From: an uncultured candidate division Zixibacteria bacterium
GTDB taxonomy: Bacteria > Zixibacteria > MSB-5A5 > GN15 > FEB-12
Direction of reading: 5' to 3'
NCBI GenBank assembly: GCA_963735035.1
Contig: CAVTJJ010000003.1
Coordinates: 800,001 to 864,000, forward strand
Length of the DNA stretch: 64,000 nucleotides
Below the pieces are notes generated by a model. It searched no databases. It had not been told where the DNA came from and was given only the letters and a program-made list of their open reading frames with translations. Shown piece after piece: positions 32,117-41,811 of the stretch. The translations under genes were made by a program, and so were the position numbers. Position 1 is the first letter of the stretch; each line of letters begins with the position of its first letter.

Positions 32117-32536
32117 CTACTCCCCGATCACTTTCACCAGCGCCCGCTTGCGGCGGCGGCCATCGAACTCACCGTAGAAAATCTGCTCCCACGGCCCGAC
32201 ATCGAGCTGCCCTTTCGTAATCGCCACCACCACCTCGCGCCCCATTATCTGTCGCTTCATATGGGCATCGGCGTTGTCTTCGCCGGTGTCGTTGTGGCGA
32301 TACTGCGAGGTCGGCGCGTGCGGCGCGAGCCGTTCAAGCCACTTGTCGTAGTCCTCGTGCAGGCCATGCTCGTCGTCGTTGATAAACACCGACGCCGTTA
32401 TGTGCATGGCGTTGACCAGCACGAAACCTTCCTGCACCCCCGACGCCTGCACACACTCTTCGACCTGCGACGTGATATTCACGAAAGCGCGGCGCGTTGG
32501 CACCTCGAACCAGAGTTCCTTACGATACGATTTCAT
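32117..32536 (-). CDS. yjbQ: YjbQ/UPF0047 family protein
   Basis: [34 protein letters not shown]. Confidence 0.92.
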   Translation of the reverse strand: MKSYRKELWFEVPTRRAFVNITSQVEECVQASGVQEGFVLVNAMHITASVFINDDEHGLHEDYDKWLERLAPHAPTSQYRHNDTGEDNADAHMKRQIMGREVVVAITKGQLDVGPWEQIFYGEFDGRRRKRALVKVIGE

Positions 32537-33090
32537 ACCTGCGGTTCCTTCGCACCCTCCAGAGGATAGACCGCCTCGACCTGATGAATCGCCATTTCCG
32601 ACGACAGAAAACTCGAGAACAGACAGAACTCACGAACATCGAAAGGCGGCAGCCGAAACAGGGCGTTCTCGCCGAGATAAGTTACCAGCCGTCCGGGCGG
32701 CGTTTCCCGGATCTTGGCCAGGCCGACGTGCGGCGCGAACTTGCGTTTCTCGCTTTCCATCCCGGCCCGCACCAGGGTCGACTCTACTTTGTTGCGAAGT
32801 TGTTTCAGTCGTTCGCCGTCTTCGATTCCCGCCCATAGTAGTTGCGGATCGCCCCTCGGTGGGAAATACCCCATGCCCTTCAGGGTGATTTCGAAAGGCT
32901 CCATACGAATTGTCGCCAGGGCTTCGAGCGCGTCGCGAAACACAGCACCGTCGACCTCGCCGATGAACTTGAGCACGATATGCATCTGGGTCGGATCGAG
33001 CCATTTGGCCCCGGGGAGGCCGTAACTGACTTCGGTCAGAGCCAGCTTGACCGGTTCGGGAAGATCGATGGCTACAAAGAGTCGGTACAT
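32533..33090 (-). CDS. thpR: RNA 2',3'-cyclic phosphodiesterase (2H family) with atypical motifs
   Basis: [30 protein letters not shown]. Confidence 0.85.
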   Translation of the reverse strand: MYRLFVAIDLPEPVKLALTEVSYGLPGAKWLDPTQMHIVLKFIGEVDGAVFRDALEALATIRMEPFEITLKGMGYFPPRGDPQLLWAGIEDGERLKQLRNKVESTLVRAGMESEKRKFAPHVGLAKIRETPPGRLVTYLGENALFRLPPFDVREFCLFSSFLSSEMAIHQVEAVYPLEGAKEPQV

Positions 33091-33534
33091 AGTGACCTTT
33101 ATACGGCGGCGGTGGGCGCCCGGTGTTAGCCTTTGAAGCAAGAAAGGGTCTGACGACCTGCGTGTCATCAAATATCCTTGTGCGGTTCGGGATCGACTCT
33201 TATCGTTGGCTCTGGCACGAGCCCGACCTTACGAGGACTCGGGCACGTGCCCGGCAGATGTCCACATCTGCCGACTCGTAAAGCCTCGGCGGGTTTGAAG
33301 TCTTGTAGGGCAGATCCGCTTCGAACCTGCCGTTGTAGGCAGGACCGCAGGAGCCCTGCCATACGAGATAAGAAGTCAACGCGTCAGTTCACACGCCCCG
33401 CTGAAGCGGGTCGCAGGAACTGACGCAACCATCGATCTGCAGTTTTTGCATGTGCCCGGCAGATGCCCACATCTGCCGACTCGTAAAGCCTCGGCGGGTT
33501 TGAAGCAGACCCGCCCTACATTAGGAGAAGCCTG

Positions 33535-34440
33535 TTGATCAATCTCGTCGTAGTCGGTTCGGTGGCGCTGGATACAATCGAAACGCCTTTCGGTAAAGTG
33601 AGCCGGGTGCTCGGCGGCACCGCTACGTACGGCTCGATTGCTGCGTCTTATTTCGCGCGCCCGGGCGTGGTCGGTGTGGTCGGAGGCGATTTCGAACGCC
33701 GCCATATCAATTTGCTGAAGAAGCGTGGCGTGGATCTCGAAGGACTCCAGATTGTGCCGGACGGTCAAACCTTCCACTGGTCCGGCTACTACGAAGGTGA
33801 CATGAACCGGGCCATCACCCGCGCTACCGATCTCAACGTATTTCAATCGTTCAAACCGGTGATTCCGGAGCACTATCGCCGTGCCCCGTTTCTGTTTCTG
33901 GGCAACATCCAGCCCGATTTACAATTGCAGGTCCTCGACCAGATGAAAGAACCGAAACTGGTCCTGTGCGATACCATGAACTACTGGATCGAATCACAGC
34001 CGGAACGCCTGATTAAAGTCTTCCGCCGCTCTCATGTGGTCTGTGTGAATGATGGCGAAGCGCGCATGTTCACAGGGAAGACATCGCTGCTCGCGGCTGC
34101 CCAGGACCTGCTCAAGCTTGGTCCAAAGCGTGTGATTATCAAACTGGGTGGCTACGGCGTTCATATCTACGGCAAGGATTCATTCTTCGCCCTGCCAGCT
34201 CTGCCGTTGACCAAAGTGAAAGACCCAACCGGCGCGGGCGATACGTTTGCCGGCGGATTCGTGGGCAGTCTGGCGAAATCGAAGCGACATGATGATCACG
34301 CTTTCAGACAGGCATCGGCGGTCGGAACCGTGATGGCATCGTTCTGCGTTCAGGATTTCAGTTGTCGCGCCACGGCGCGGTTGAAGCATGAGGACATTCG
34401 TCATCGGTTGGCTACATTGAAAGCGGCAACACAGTTGTAG
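33535..34440 (+). CDS. PfkB family carbohydrate/nucleoside kinase
   Basis: VGSVALDTIETPFG, DTMNYWI, DPTGAGDTFAGG. Confidence 0.92.
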   Translation: MINLVVVGSVALDTIETPFGKVSRVLGGTATYGSIAASYFARPGVVGVVGGDFERRHINLLKKRGVDLEGLQIVPDGQTFHWSGYYEGDMNRAITRATDLNVFQSFKPVIPEHYRRAPFLFLGNIQPDLQLQVLDQMKEPKLVLCDTMNYWIESQPERLIKVFRRSHVVCVNDGEARMFTGKTSLLAAAQDLLKLGPKRVIIKLGGYGVHIYGKDSFFALPALPLTKVKDPTGAGDTFAGGFVGSLAKSKRHDDHAFRQASAVGTVMASFCVQDFSCRATARLKHEDIRHRLATLKAATQL

Positions 34441-34506
34441 GTCAGGCGGACTTGACGCCTGACGCGGCGAATCGAAGATGTCAGGCCTCGAGTCGGCCTG
34501 ACCTAC
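34437..34506. repeat. REPIN-like doublet; near-identical copy at 35281-35351
   Basis: gtaggtcaggcggacttgac...gagtcggcctgacctac. Confidence 0.88.
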
Positions 34507-34537
34507 TTGGCTGCCACTACTAACAAGGACGGCCCAC

Positions 34538-35254
34538 ATGACCGAAGCGACAGAAAAGACTTTCACCTGTCCCATCTGTGAACTCCAAAAACCGATGGTC
34601 GAGGGTCGCCTGGCGGAATTAGTGCCGGGCCCCGCCGGCGAACTGATCCGCCAGCAACATCCTGACTGGGACCCCAGTCATGTTATCTGCATGTCATGCT
34701 TGAATCGATTCCGAACGCGGTATGTGGCGAAAGCGCTCGAAGAACAACGAGGTGAATTGTCGGCAGTGGAAAACGCGGTCATCGCCAGCCTTCAGGAACA
34801 GATGGTTCTGTCTCGCAACACGGCCTCAGAATTCGAGACCAAACTGACTTTCGGTGAACGCCTGGCTGACCGGGTGGCATCGTTCGGCGGGAGCTGGCAT
34901 TTTATCATCCTGTTCGGAGCGATAATAACAGTCTGGATCGGAATTAATACTGTAATGCTGCTCCGGCAGCCGTTTGATCCCTACCCATACATATTGCTCA
35001 ATCTTGTCCTTTCATGTTTGGCCGCGTTGCAGGCGCCGGTCATCATGATGAGCCAGAATCGACAGGAAGCGAAAGACCGCCTTCGCTCCGAGCATGATTA
35101 TCAGGTCAATCTCAAGGCTGAAATTGAAATCCGTCAGCTCCACATCAAGCTCGACCAGTTGATCAACCACTCCTGGCAACGGCTACTGGAGATACAGCAG
35201 GTTCAAACCGAGCTGATGGAAGAGTTGGTGGAGCGCCGCAACAAAGAGCAATAG
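34538..35254 (+). CDS. DUF1003 domain membrane protein
   Basis: GERLADRVASFGGSW, FDPYPYILLNLVLSCLAALQAPVIMMSQNRQ. Confidence 0.93.
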   Translation: MTEATEKTFTCPICELQKPMVEGRLAELVPGPAGELIRQQHPDWDPSHVICMSCLNRFRTRYVAKALEEQRGELSAVENAVIASLQEQMVLSRNTASEFETKLTFGERLADRVASFGGSWHFIILFGAIITVWIGINTVMLLRQPFDPYPYILLNLVLSCLAALQAPVIMMSQNRQEAKDRLRSEHDYQVNLKAEIEIRQLHIKLDQLINHSWQRLLEIQQVQTELMEELVERRNKEQ

Positions 35255-35347
35255 GCATTTGAGAGTGTTGTATACACTTCGTAGGTCAGGCGGACTTGAC
35301 TCCTGACGCGGTGAATCGATGATGTCAGGCCCCCGAGTCGGCCTGAC

Positions 35348-35860
35348 CTACAAAGTCTGCGCCCGTTTGAGGGCCGCCTCCAAATCGGTCGCCTGGCGCG
35401 AACCGACCAAGATCCTGTGGCCGTTCTGTAGCTCTAGTTGCACTCCCTTGTTGCCGGTCATCGAGAACGCCATCCCTCGTCCCCACCCCCACCGTATGCC
35501 CCAGCCGCCGTAGTCACGAATAGGGTGATACTCACAAGCGGCGAACGACTTGATTTCGCTTATCACTATTGTCCGTGTGATCAACGGCCAGTAGCGCACT
35601 TTCAGACGCTCGCGGCTGACCGTGGTGGTCATCTTGAGCGCGTACATGAACAACGGCATCCCTATACCCACAAACACGAGAATAGCCCAGTAGACACCAG
35701 TCGGCGGCGGGTTATCTCCCACTGGTTGGTTTAGCACGACGCCCTGGATAAATGTCCACCATGCGAAAATAGCGCCCGCCAACACCAGCGCCCAGACCCA
35801 CCAAAAAGTCATTCGCTGGGTTTCTTTGAAATAGACGTTGAGTTCGGGTGTCTGAGTCAT
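35348..35860 (-). CDS. Small membrane protein (DUF6141-like)
   Basis: FKETQR, two TM segments, YHPIRDYGGWGIR, GNKGVQL, LVGS. Confidence 0.8.
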   Translation of the reverse strand: MTQTPELNVYFKETQRMTFWWVWALVLAGAIFAWWTFIQGVVLNQPVGDNPPPTGVYWAILVFVGIGMPLFMYALKMTTTVSRERLKVRYWPLITRTIVISEIKSFAACEYHPIRDYGGWGIRWGWGRGMAFSMTGNKGVQLELQNGHRILVGSRQATDLEAALKRAQTL

Positions 35861-35998
35861 AGTCCACCTCTTGCTTTCAATACCACCACAACTGTACACT
35901 ATTCAAGGCTATCTAGAACCGCCGGGCAAGGATTATAAGGGAGCACTTGACGGACCGCCTGCCCCGCTTCATCTTACAGGTTCGCCGGAAAGGTGGGT

Positions 35999-36421
35999 AT
36001 GAAAGACTACGAGTTCAAAGAACATACCGCCGACATTATCGCTCGCGCCCACGGCCACACGCTCGACCAGGCGTTCGCAGGGGCGGCCCGGGCGATGTTC
36101 GATATCATAACGGGTGGGGCGATGATTCGTCCGCTGCAGGAATATGAACTAACCGTCAAGTCGATTGACCTTGAGGGACTCCTGGTCACATTCCTTTCCG
36201 AACTGATTGTGCTTCACGAGACCGAGAATGTCGTGCTCGATCAGTTTCAGGTAACCCTCGACGGTGACACCGGCCTGACTGCTATCTGCCGTGGCGAGAA
36301 CTTCGATCGCGCACGTCACGGCGACGGCACCCAGGTGAAGGGGGTTTCGTACCACTTGATGGAAGTAGTGCGCGGCGAGCACGGGAAACCGTGCCATGTT
36401 CAGGTGTTGTTTGATATATAG
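35999..36421 (+). CDS. Archease
   Basis: EHTAD, VKGVSYH, C-terminal VLFDI. Confidence 0.93.
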   Translation: MKDYEFKEHTADIIARAHGHTLDQAFAGAARAMFDIITGGAMIRPLQEYELTVKSIDLEGLLVTFLSELIVLHETENVVLDQFQVTLDGDTGLTAICRGENFDRARHGDGTQVKGVSYHLMEVVRGEHGKPCHVQVLFDI

Positions 36422-36578
36422 CGGCTGATAAATGCCGTCTGAATTTGTAGGTCGGGTTCACGAACGCTGCGCGAAGCGGAGCGCGAGCAACCCGACAGCG
36501 GCGTCAGGTCACACGATCCGCAAAGCGGATCGCAGGACCTGACGCAACCTAGATGTATGCGGCTAGGAGATAGATGCC

Positions 36579-38054
36579 ATGTGGCGAGGACCCATAAAGA
36601 AACTTGACGGCTGCCGCTTCCGGATCGACCCCGACTACCAGTCGGACACAATGAAGCGGGCGAATATCCGTATGCGCGTACCGGGCGTGATTTACGCCGA
36701 TCAGGCGATGTTCGACCAGATCGTGCAGGACGATTCCCCGGACCAGGTTGCCCGTGTCGCGACCCTTCCCGGCATCGTAGGGAGCTCGTTCGCTATGCCG
36801 GATATTCATCACGGCTATGGATTCGCGATCGGCGGCGTAGCGGCGTTCGACGCCGAGGAAGGGATTATCTCACCCGGTGGAGTCGGCTACGATATCAATT
36901 GCGGCGTCCGCCTGATACGCTCGTCGCTGAATTTCGGCGACATCAAGACGCAGATCAAACCGCTTATCGACGCCATGTTCAGCAGTGTTCCGTCCGGAGT
37001 CGGCGCCGGCGGCCAGCGAAAATTATCGCGGGCCGAGATCGATCAGGTGCTCGCACGCGGCTCGGAGTGGGCGGTCAGTGAAGGATACGGTTGGAAAGGC
37101 GACCTTGAAGTTACCGAGGAGAATGGCTCTATCCGTGGGGCCGACCCGGCCGCTGTCTCAGAGAACGCCAAGAAACGGGGCGCGCCGCAGCTTGGGTCGC
37201 TCGGAGCCGGGAATCATTTCCTCGAAATTCAACGGGTCGATGAAATTTTCGATACCGAAGCGGCCGCCGCGTATGGGATCACTAATGTCGGGCAGGTTAC
37301 TATCATGATTCACACCGGATCGCGCGGTTGTGGTCATCAGATCTGCACCGACTATCTCGACTCGATGCGCCGCGCCAACCAGAAATACAACATTCCGCTG
37401 GTCGACCGCGAACTCTCCTGCGCGCCGGCATCGTCGCCCGAAGCTCAGGCCTATTTCACAGCCATGAAATGCGGCGCCAACTATGCCTGGGCGAACCGTC
37501 AGATGATCACGCACTGGGTGCGTGAGTCGTTCGAGAAAGTGCTGGGACAGGAAGCCCACCGGATGGGTCTGAGCCTCGTTTATGATATCGCCCACAACAT
37601 GGCTAAGCTGGAAGACCACGAGTTCGAAGGGCGGAAGCGACATTTGTATGTCCATCGCAAGGGGGCCACGCGAGCGTTCGGGCCGGGGCTGACAGCAGTG
37701 CCGATGGCGTATCGCAAAGTCGGTCAGCCGGTACTAATACCCGGCGACATGGGGTCGGCGTCGTTTCTGTTGATGGGGACCGACAAGGCGATGCAGGAGA
37801 CGTTCGGCTCGACCTGCCACGGGGCGGGACGCAAAATGTCGCGGACGGCGGCTATGAAAATTTTCCGGGCGGATGAGGTGAGGGCGAAACTGGAGAAGCA
37901 GGGGATATATCTTCGCGCGGCGAGTAAGAGTGGTGTGGCGGAAGAAGCTCCGGGGGTCTACAAAGATGTCGAAAATGTGGTCGATATCGCGCACAATTCG
38001 GGGATAGCGCTCAAGGTGGCGCGTCTGCGCCCGTTGGGCGTGGTGAAGGGGTAG
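36579..38054 (+). CDS. rtcB: RNA ligase RtcB (archaeal/eukaryal-like long type)
   Basis: [53 protein letters not shown]. Confidence 0.96.
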   Translation: MWRGPIKKLDGCRFRIDPDYQSDTMKRANIRMRVPGVIYADQAMFDQIVQDDSPDQVARVATLPGIVGSSFAMPDIHHGYGFAIGGVAAFDAEEGIISPGGVGYDINCGVRLIRSSLNFGDIKTQIKPLIDAMFSSVPSGVGAGGQRKLSRAEIDQVLARGSEWAVSEGYGWKGDLEVTEENGSIRGADPAAVSENAKKRGAPQLGSLGAGNHFLEIQRVDEIFDTEAAAAYGITNVGQVTIMIHTGSRGCGHQICTDYLDSMRRANQKYNIPLVDRELSCAPASSPEAQAYFTAMKCGANYAWANRQMITHWVRESFEKVLGQEAHRMGLSLVYDIAHNMAKLEDHEFEGRKRHLYVHRKGATRAFGPGLTAVPMAYRKVGQPVLIPGDMGSASFLLMGTDKAMQETFGSTCHGAGRKMSRTAAMKIFRADEVRAKLEKQGIYLRAASKSGVAEEAPGVYKDVENVVDIAHNSGIALKVARLRPLGVVKG

Positions 38055-38560
38055 GGTTGAACCGTGCCCGGCAGATGTAACTATGGTGCCCCGTCGCTTG
38101 CGCTGGGATGGAACATACTGGCCCCCACGGTATCGCCAGTCCCTTCCGACCCTACTCTAGGCGTGCCCGGTCCGCCGCGGCGGATCCACATCTGCCGGTT
38201 AGTGAAAGTCTTGTAGGGTAGCACACGTAGGGCAGAACCCAAGCCTGGCCCGCCGGAGGCGGAGCGGGCTTGTGGTTCTGCCACGGGGCCAAATGGCAGA
38301 ATCACTCCACCGAAGCGGCGGAGGATTCTGCCCTACGAAGACCGAATACGAGGGGCAGACGAGGACCCCCAATCAAATCGGGGGCAGGCTATGCCGCTCA
38401 CGAACTTCTGCTTTCGAATCCGGCAGATGTGGGCATCTGCCGGGCACGGCTCATATCGGATAGTTCTGTATTAGCTGTGACCGCGCCCCCCCTAAACGTC
38501 AAGCGGCAGGTCGGACTGAGTCCGGCCTGCCGCTCTTGGGTCGCGCGTGACCTTCACGCA

Positions 38561-40225
38561 CTATATTGAATCGTTCGTCTTGAACCGGGCCACCATTTCG
38601 CTCAGCGATTCGGACTGCCGATTCAACTCTTCAGCAGCGGTCGCCATCTCACCCGCGCCCTTCGCGGTCTCCGACGTCACCACGGCGATATCCTCGATGC
38701 TATGACTGATCTCGTCCGCCGACGCTGACTGTTCCTGCGCCGCGGTTGCGATTTGTTCGATCATCGCCATGACAGTGGTCGACGCCGCCACGATTTCCTG
38801 AAGCGCGCTGCCGGCGTGGTCGGCCAGTTCGCGTCCTTTATCGACACTGCGAATGCCGGTCTCCATGGCGTCAACGGCATCGGCCGTCTTCCCCTGCACG
38901 GCGGCGATAACGCCCTTGATTTCACCGGTAGCGCGGCCGGTTCGTTCGGCCAGCTTGCGGACTTCATCGGCTACCACAGCAAAGCCCCGTCCCTGTTCTC
39001 CGGCGCGGGCAGCTTCGATAGCGGCGTTCAACGCGAGCAGGTTGGTCTGACCGGCGATATCCTCGATCACGTTGACGATCTTGTCGATCTGTTCAGCCGA
39101 TTCGGCCAGGCGACCGATTGAGTCGGACGATTCACTGACCAGGTTGGCGATTTCACCCATCCCGTCGATGGTTCTTCCTACTATCTGTCCACCGCTGCCG
39201 GCCGTCTCTGAGGCCTGGCGTGACGCCTGGGTGGCGTCCTCGGCGTGGTGGGTGGCGTCGCCTATCGCGGCCGCCATCTCCTGTACCGCGGCCGTGACCT
39301 GTTTCACCTGGTCGGCCTGATTGCGGGCGCCGGAAGACATCTCTTCCGCCGCCGCCGAAATCTGGGTCGCCGCACTTACAACCTGGGCAGAAAGAACTCG
39401 AAGTTGCGAGACCATATCCGAGAGATTCGAGATCATATTGGCAAACGACTCGCTGAGCACGTCTTTGCCTGAACGCGGTGTTATCCGAACGGTGAGATCG
39501 TTGGCGGCAATACGATGAGCCGCATCGGAGAGGTCACGCATGTAGTCGCGAATGTCGACCATCGCCTTGGCCAGACGCCCGATCTCGTCGCGGGAGCGAT
39601 AAGCTACTTTTAGTTCGAGGTCGCCCACCGCCAGACGACCGGCCGCTAACTCCAGTTCCTTTACCGGCCGGGAAATCACCCGCTGGAACACATTTGCAAT
39701 TATGAACGCCACCAGAGCCGTAAATACCGAAATAATCAGACTCATCTTGATGAACCAGGTCGTTCTTTCGGCCGCCCGGTCCAGATCGGAACCCAGAAAG
39801 AGGCTGGCAACGGTCTTGTCACCTGACTTGACGGTTCGACAAACCACAAGCTGATCGCTTTCGAACAGCGATTCCTCGTCTTTCAGTTGTGGCAACGTGG
39901 CCGGAACCGTCCCGTTCTTGCGAGTATGTTGGGCGAACACGCGACCGTCGGGAAGCGCCACCGCCGCCCACACGAGATGAGCATCGTTGTCGATCGCCCG
40001 AAGCGCCTCTACGGCCGACGGGGCGTCGTCGAACGCCACAGCGCTGGCACAATTGGCGGCAACCACGGCCGCCAGAAGCGAGCAGTTGGCGGTTAGCTCT
40101 TGGCGAAAGCTCTTGCGGTCGTTAAGTATGTACGCCAGCGACGACAGAGTAAGCGTCACCAACGTCACGAAAAGAACCACGAGGGTCAGTTTGGTCCTGA
40201 TGGTACAGTCGCGGAAACTGAACAT
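38561..40225 (-). CDS. Methyl-accepting chemotaxis protein with CHASE8-like sensor and HAMP
   Basis: Two TM segments, [55 protein letters not shown]. Confidence 0.93.
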   Translation of the reverse strand: MFSFRDCTIRTKLTLVVLFVTLVTLTLSSLAYILNDRKSFRQELTANCSLLAAVVAANCASAVAFDDAPSAVEALRAIDNDAHLVWAAVALPDGRVFAQHTRKNGTVPATLPQLKDEESLFESDQLVVCRTVKSGDKTVASLFLGSDLDRAAERTTWFIKMSLIISVFTALVAFIIANVFQRVISRPVKELELAAGRLAVGDLELKVAYRSRDEIGRLAKAMVDIRDYMRDLSDAAHRIAANDLTVRITPRSGKDVLSESFANMISNLSDMVSQLRVLSAQVVSAATQISAAAEEMSSGARNQADQVKQVTAAVQEMAAAIGDATHHAEDATQASRQASETAGSGGQIVGRTIDGMGEIANLVSESSDSIGRLAESAEQIDKIVNVIEDIAGQTNLLALNAAIEAARAGEQGRGFAVVADEVRKLAERTGRATGEIKGVIAAVQGKTADAVDAMETGIRSVDKGRELADHAGSALQEIVAASTTVMAMIEQIATAAQEQSASADEISHSIEDIAVVTSETAKGAGEMATAAEELNRQSESLSEMVARFKTNDSI

Positions 40226-40462
40226 GTATATCCTCCGGATTACCCGTGAGACGTCCTGGTTTCAGGGGGCAACGTCGTTTTCGGGCACCTCTTTCAAAGC
40301 ATCGTCATTCTGCCCATCTTCTTAAGAGCTTCTCCCCTATTCGGTGCCCTACGCTGGGGAGAGTAAACCGCTCTGATCAGTTCTTGCACAAAGCTTCGGG
40401 ATCGCAGAGGAGCCTGGCGCTGGGGGACACAGATGACTACGTCAAAGATTGGGAAATAGTCT

Positions 40463-40489
40463 TCAGGGGATAATCTTACTAGCCGATAA
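40463..40489 (+). promoter_or_regulatory. Sigma28-like promoter upstream of yfiR
   Basis: TCAG-N15-GCCGATAA (exact -10). Confidence 0.55.
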
Positions 40490-40610
40490 TCCGATTAATG
40501 GCCCGACCGTAGGCCAGGAATTAGAAAAGGGGCTGGAACCGATATTTTAGTAGTACGGTTAAAAAGATGGTATTACTCTACTTTTGGAACCTGGTTTGTG
40601 AGGTGCAAAG

Positions 40611-41150
40611 TTGACGTTACGGGTGACAATCATCGGTGCCAGTTTGGTGCTTGCGACGATGTTGCAGGCCAAGACTCTTACAGCCGAGGAAATCGAATAC
40701 AAAGCCGATTTTATCGTCAAGATAGTCGACTATATCACCTGGCCGGCCGGCGCCGGAGTTAATGGCCAGGGTGAGATTTCCATCGGCGTTCTGGGCGACT
40801 CACCACTGATCCCCAAGCTGAAGGAACTGGCCGCGGCCAGAACTCAGGCGGGCACGAAAATGTCGGTATCTTCAGTGACCCTGGAATCCGACCTGGCAGC
40901 CTACCAGATACTTTTCATTTCGACCGAAGACAAGACTGAATTGGCGACCATTCTCAAGAAGGTAGACAAGGCCCCCGTGCTGACGGTCAGCGACGCCTAC
41001 TATTTCGCCCGCTACGGCGTCATGGTCAATTTCTTCTCTGAAGAAGTCGACGGCAAGCCGAAGATCAAATTCGAGGTCAATCAGATGACTCTCGGGATGG
41101 TCGGCCTGAAGATGAGCTCCAAACTGCTCAAACTGGCCACGCTCATTTAG
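40611..41150 (+). CDS. YfiR/HmsC family periplasmic protein
   Basis: EYKADFI..I..YITWP, QILFIS, PVLTVSD, KFEVN, MSSKLLKLA. Confidence 0.9.
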   Translation: MTLRVTIIGASLVLATMLQAKTLTAEEIEYKADFIVKIVDYITWPAGAGVNGQGEISIGVLGDSPLIPKLKELAAARTQAGTKMSVSSVTLESDLAAYQILFISTEDKTELATILKKVDKAPVLTVSDAYYFARYGVMVNFFSEEVDGKPKIKFEVNQMTLGMVGLKMSSKLLKLATLI

Positions 41151-41177
41151 CAAACTAGCTCACTCGAAAAAGAAAAT

Positions 41178-41217
41178 CGCCTCTGCGGCTAGTCGCTGCA
41201 GAGGCGTTGTTTTGTTT
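41178..41217 (+). terminator. Terminator between convergent genes
   Basis: cgcctctgc...gcagaggcg followed by ttgttttgttt. Confidence 0.7.
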
Positions 41218-41232
41218 GGCCCGAAAGAAAAG

Positions 41233-41688
41233 TCAATTCTCCGAGAGCACTACCTCGTCGTATTCGATTTCAAAACGAAGCTTGTGTTTGGCTTCTTCCT
41301 GGGCCAGCATCATGAACAATTCTTTGAGTTCAGGCCTGTCAGCGGCGCCCGCGAGTTTATAGTAGAGCAAGTAGGCCGCTTTCTCTGCCTTCATAGCGAC
41401 AATAAGCGCTTCCTGATAGGAGAGACTTGATCTGCCCGGCTCCGGCTCTACGAAGGAATCGGCGAGCTTGAGATCAAGGACACCCTTGGGCGAAAGGGTC
41501 AGCTTGTGACCGTCCTTGACCGCTTGAAGTTTGGCCTTGTGACCCATCTCTTCTTTTGCGAAGCCGGCAAAAACTTCCTGCATCGGTTTGCGGGCCATCT
41601 TGGCGGCCAAACCGCGATAGAACTCCGCGGCTTCTTCCTCTTTCTGAATAGCAAAATCCAGAATCTTATCCGTCGAATCCAATTTCAC
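41233..41688 (-). CDS. Rubrerythrin/ferritin-like diiron protein
   Basis: AIQKEEEAAEFY, EEMGH, AMKAE, EEAKH. Confidence 0.9.
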   Translation of the reverse strand: MKLDSTDKILDFAIQKEEEAAEFYRGLAAKMARKPMQEVFAGFAKEEMGHKAKLQAVKDGHKLTLSPKGVLDLKLADSFVEPEPGRSSLSYQEALIVAMKAEKAAYLLYYKLAGAADRPELKELFMMLAQEEAKHKLRFEIEYDEVVLSEN

Positions 41689-41811
41689 AGGCTACTCCTT
41701 CCGTACGAATGAGCGAATCGCTAATACGAACCGAATATAGGGTTTGCCCGAGGATTATCAACTTCTATGTTGTGCCCAACCGGTCCGGGTGCGTGTCGCC
41801 TCTGATTCAAT

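Noticed and set aside
33240..33520. CRISPR array from repeated 27-bp palindromes
   Set aside because: Copies are dispersed, irregularly spaced and in both orientations; no cas genes
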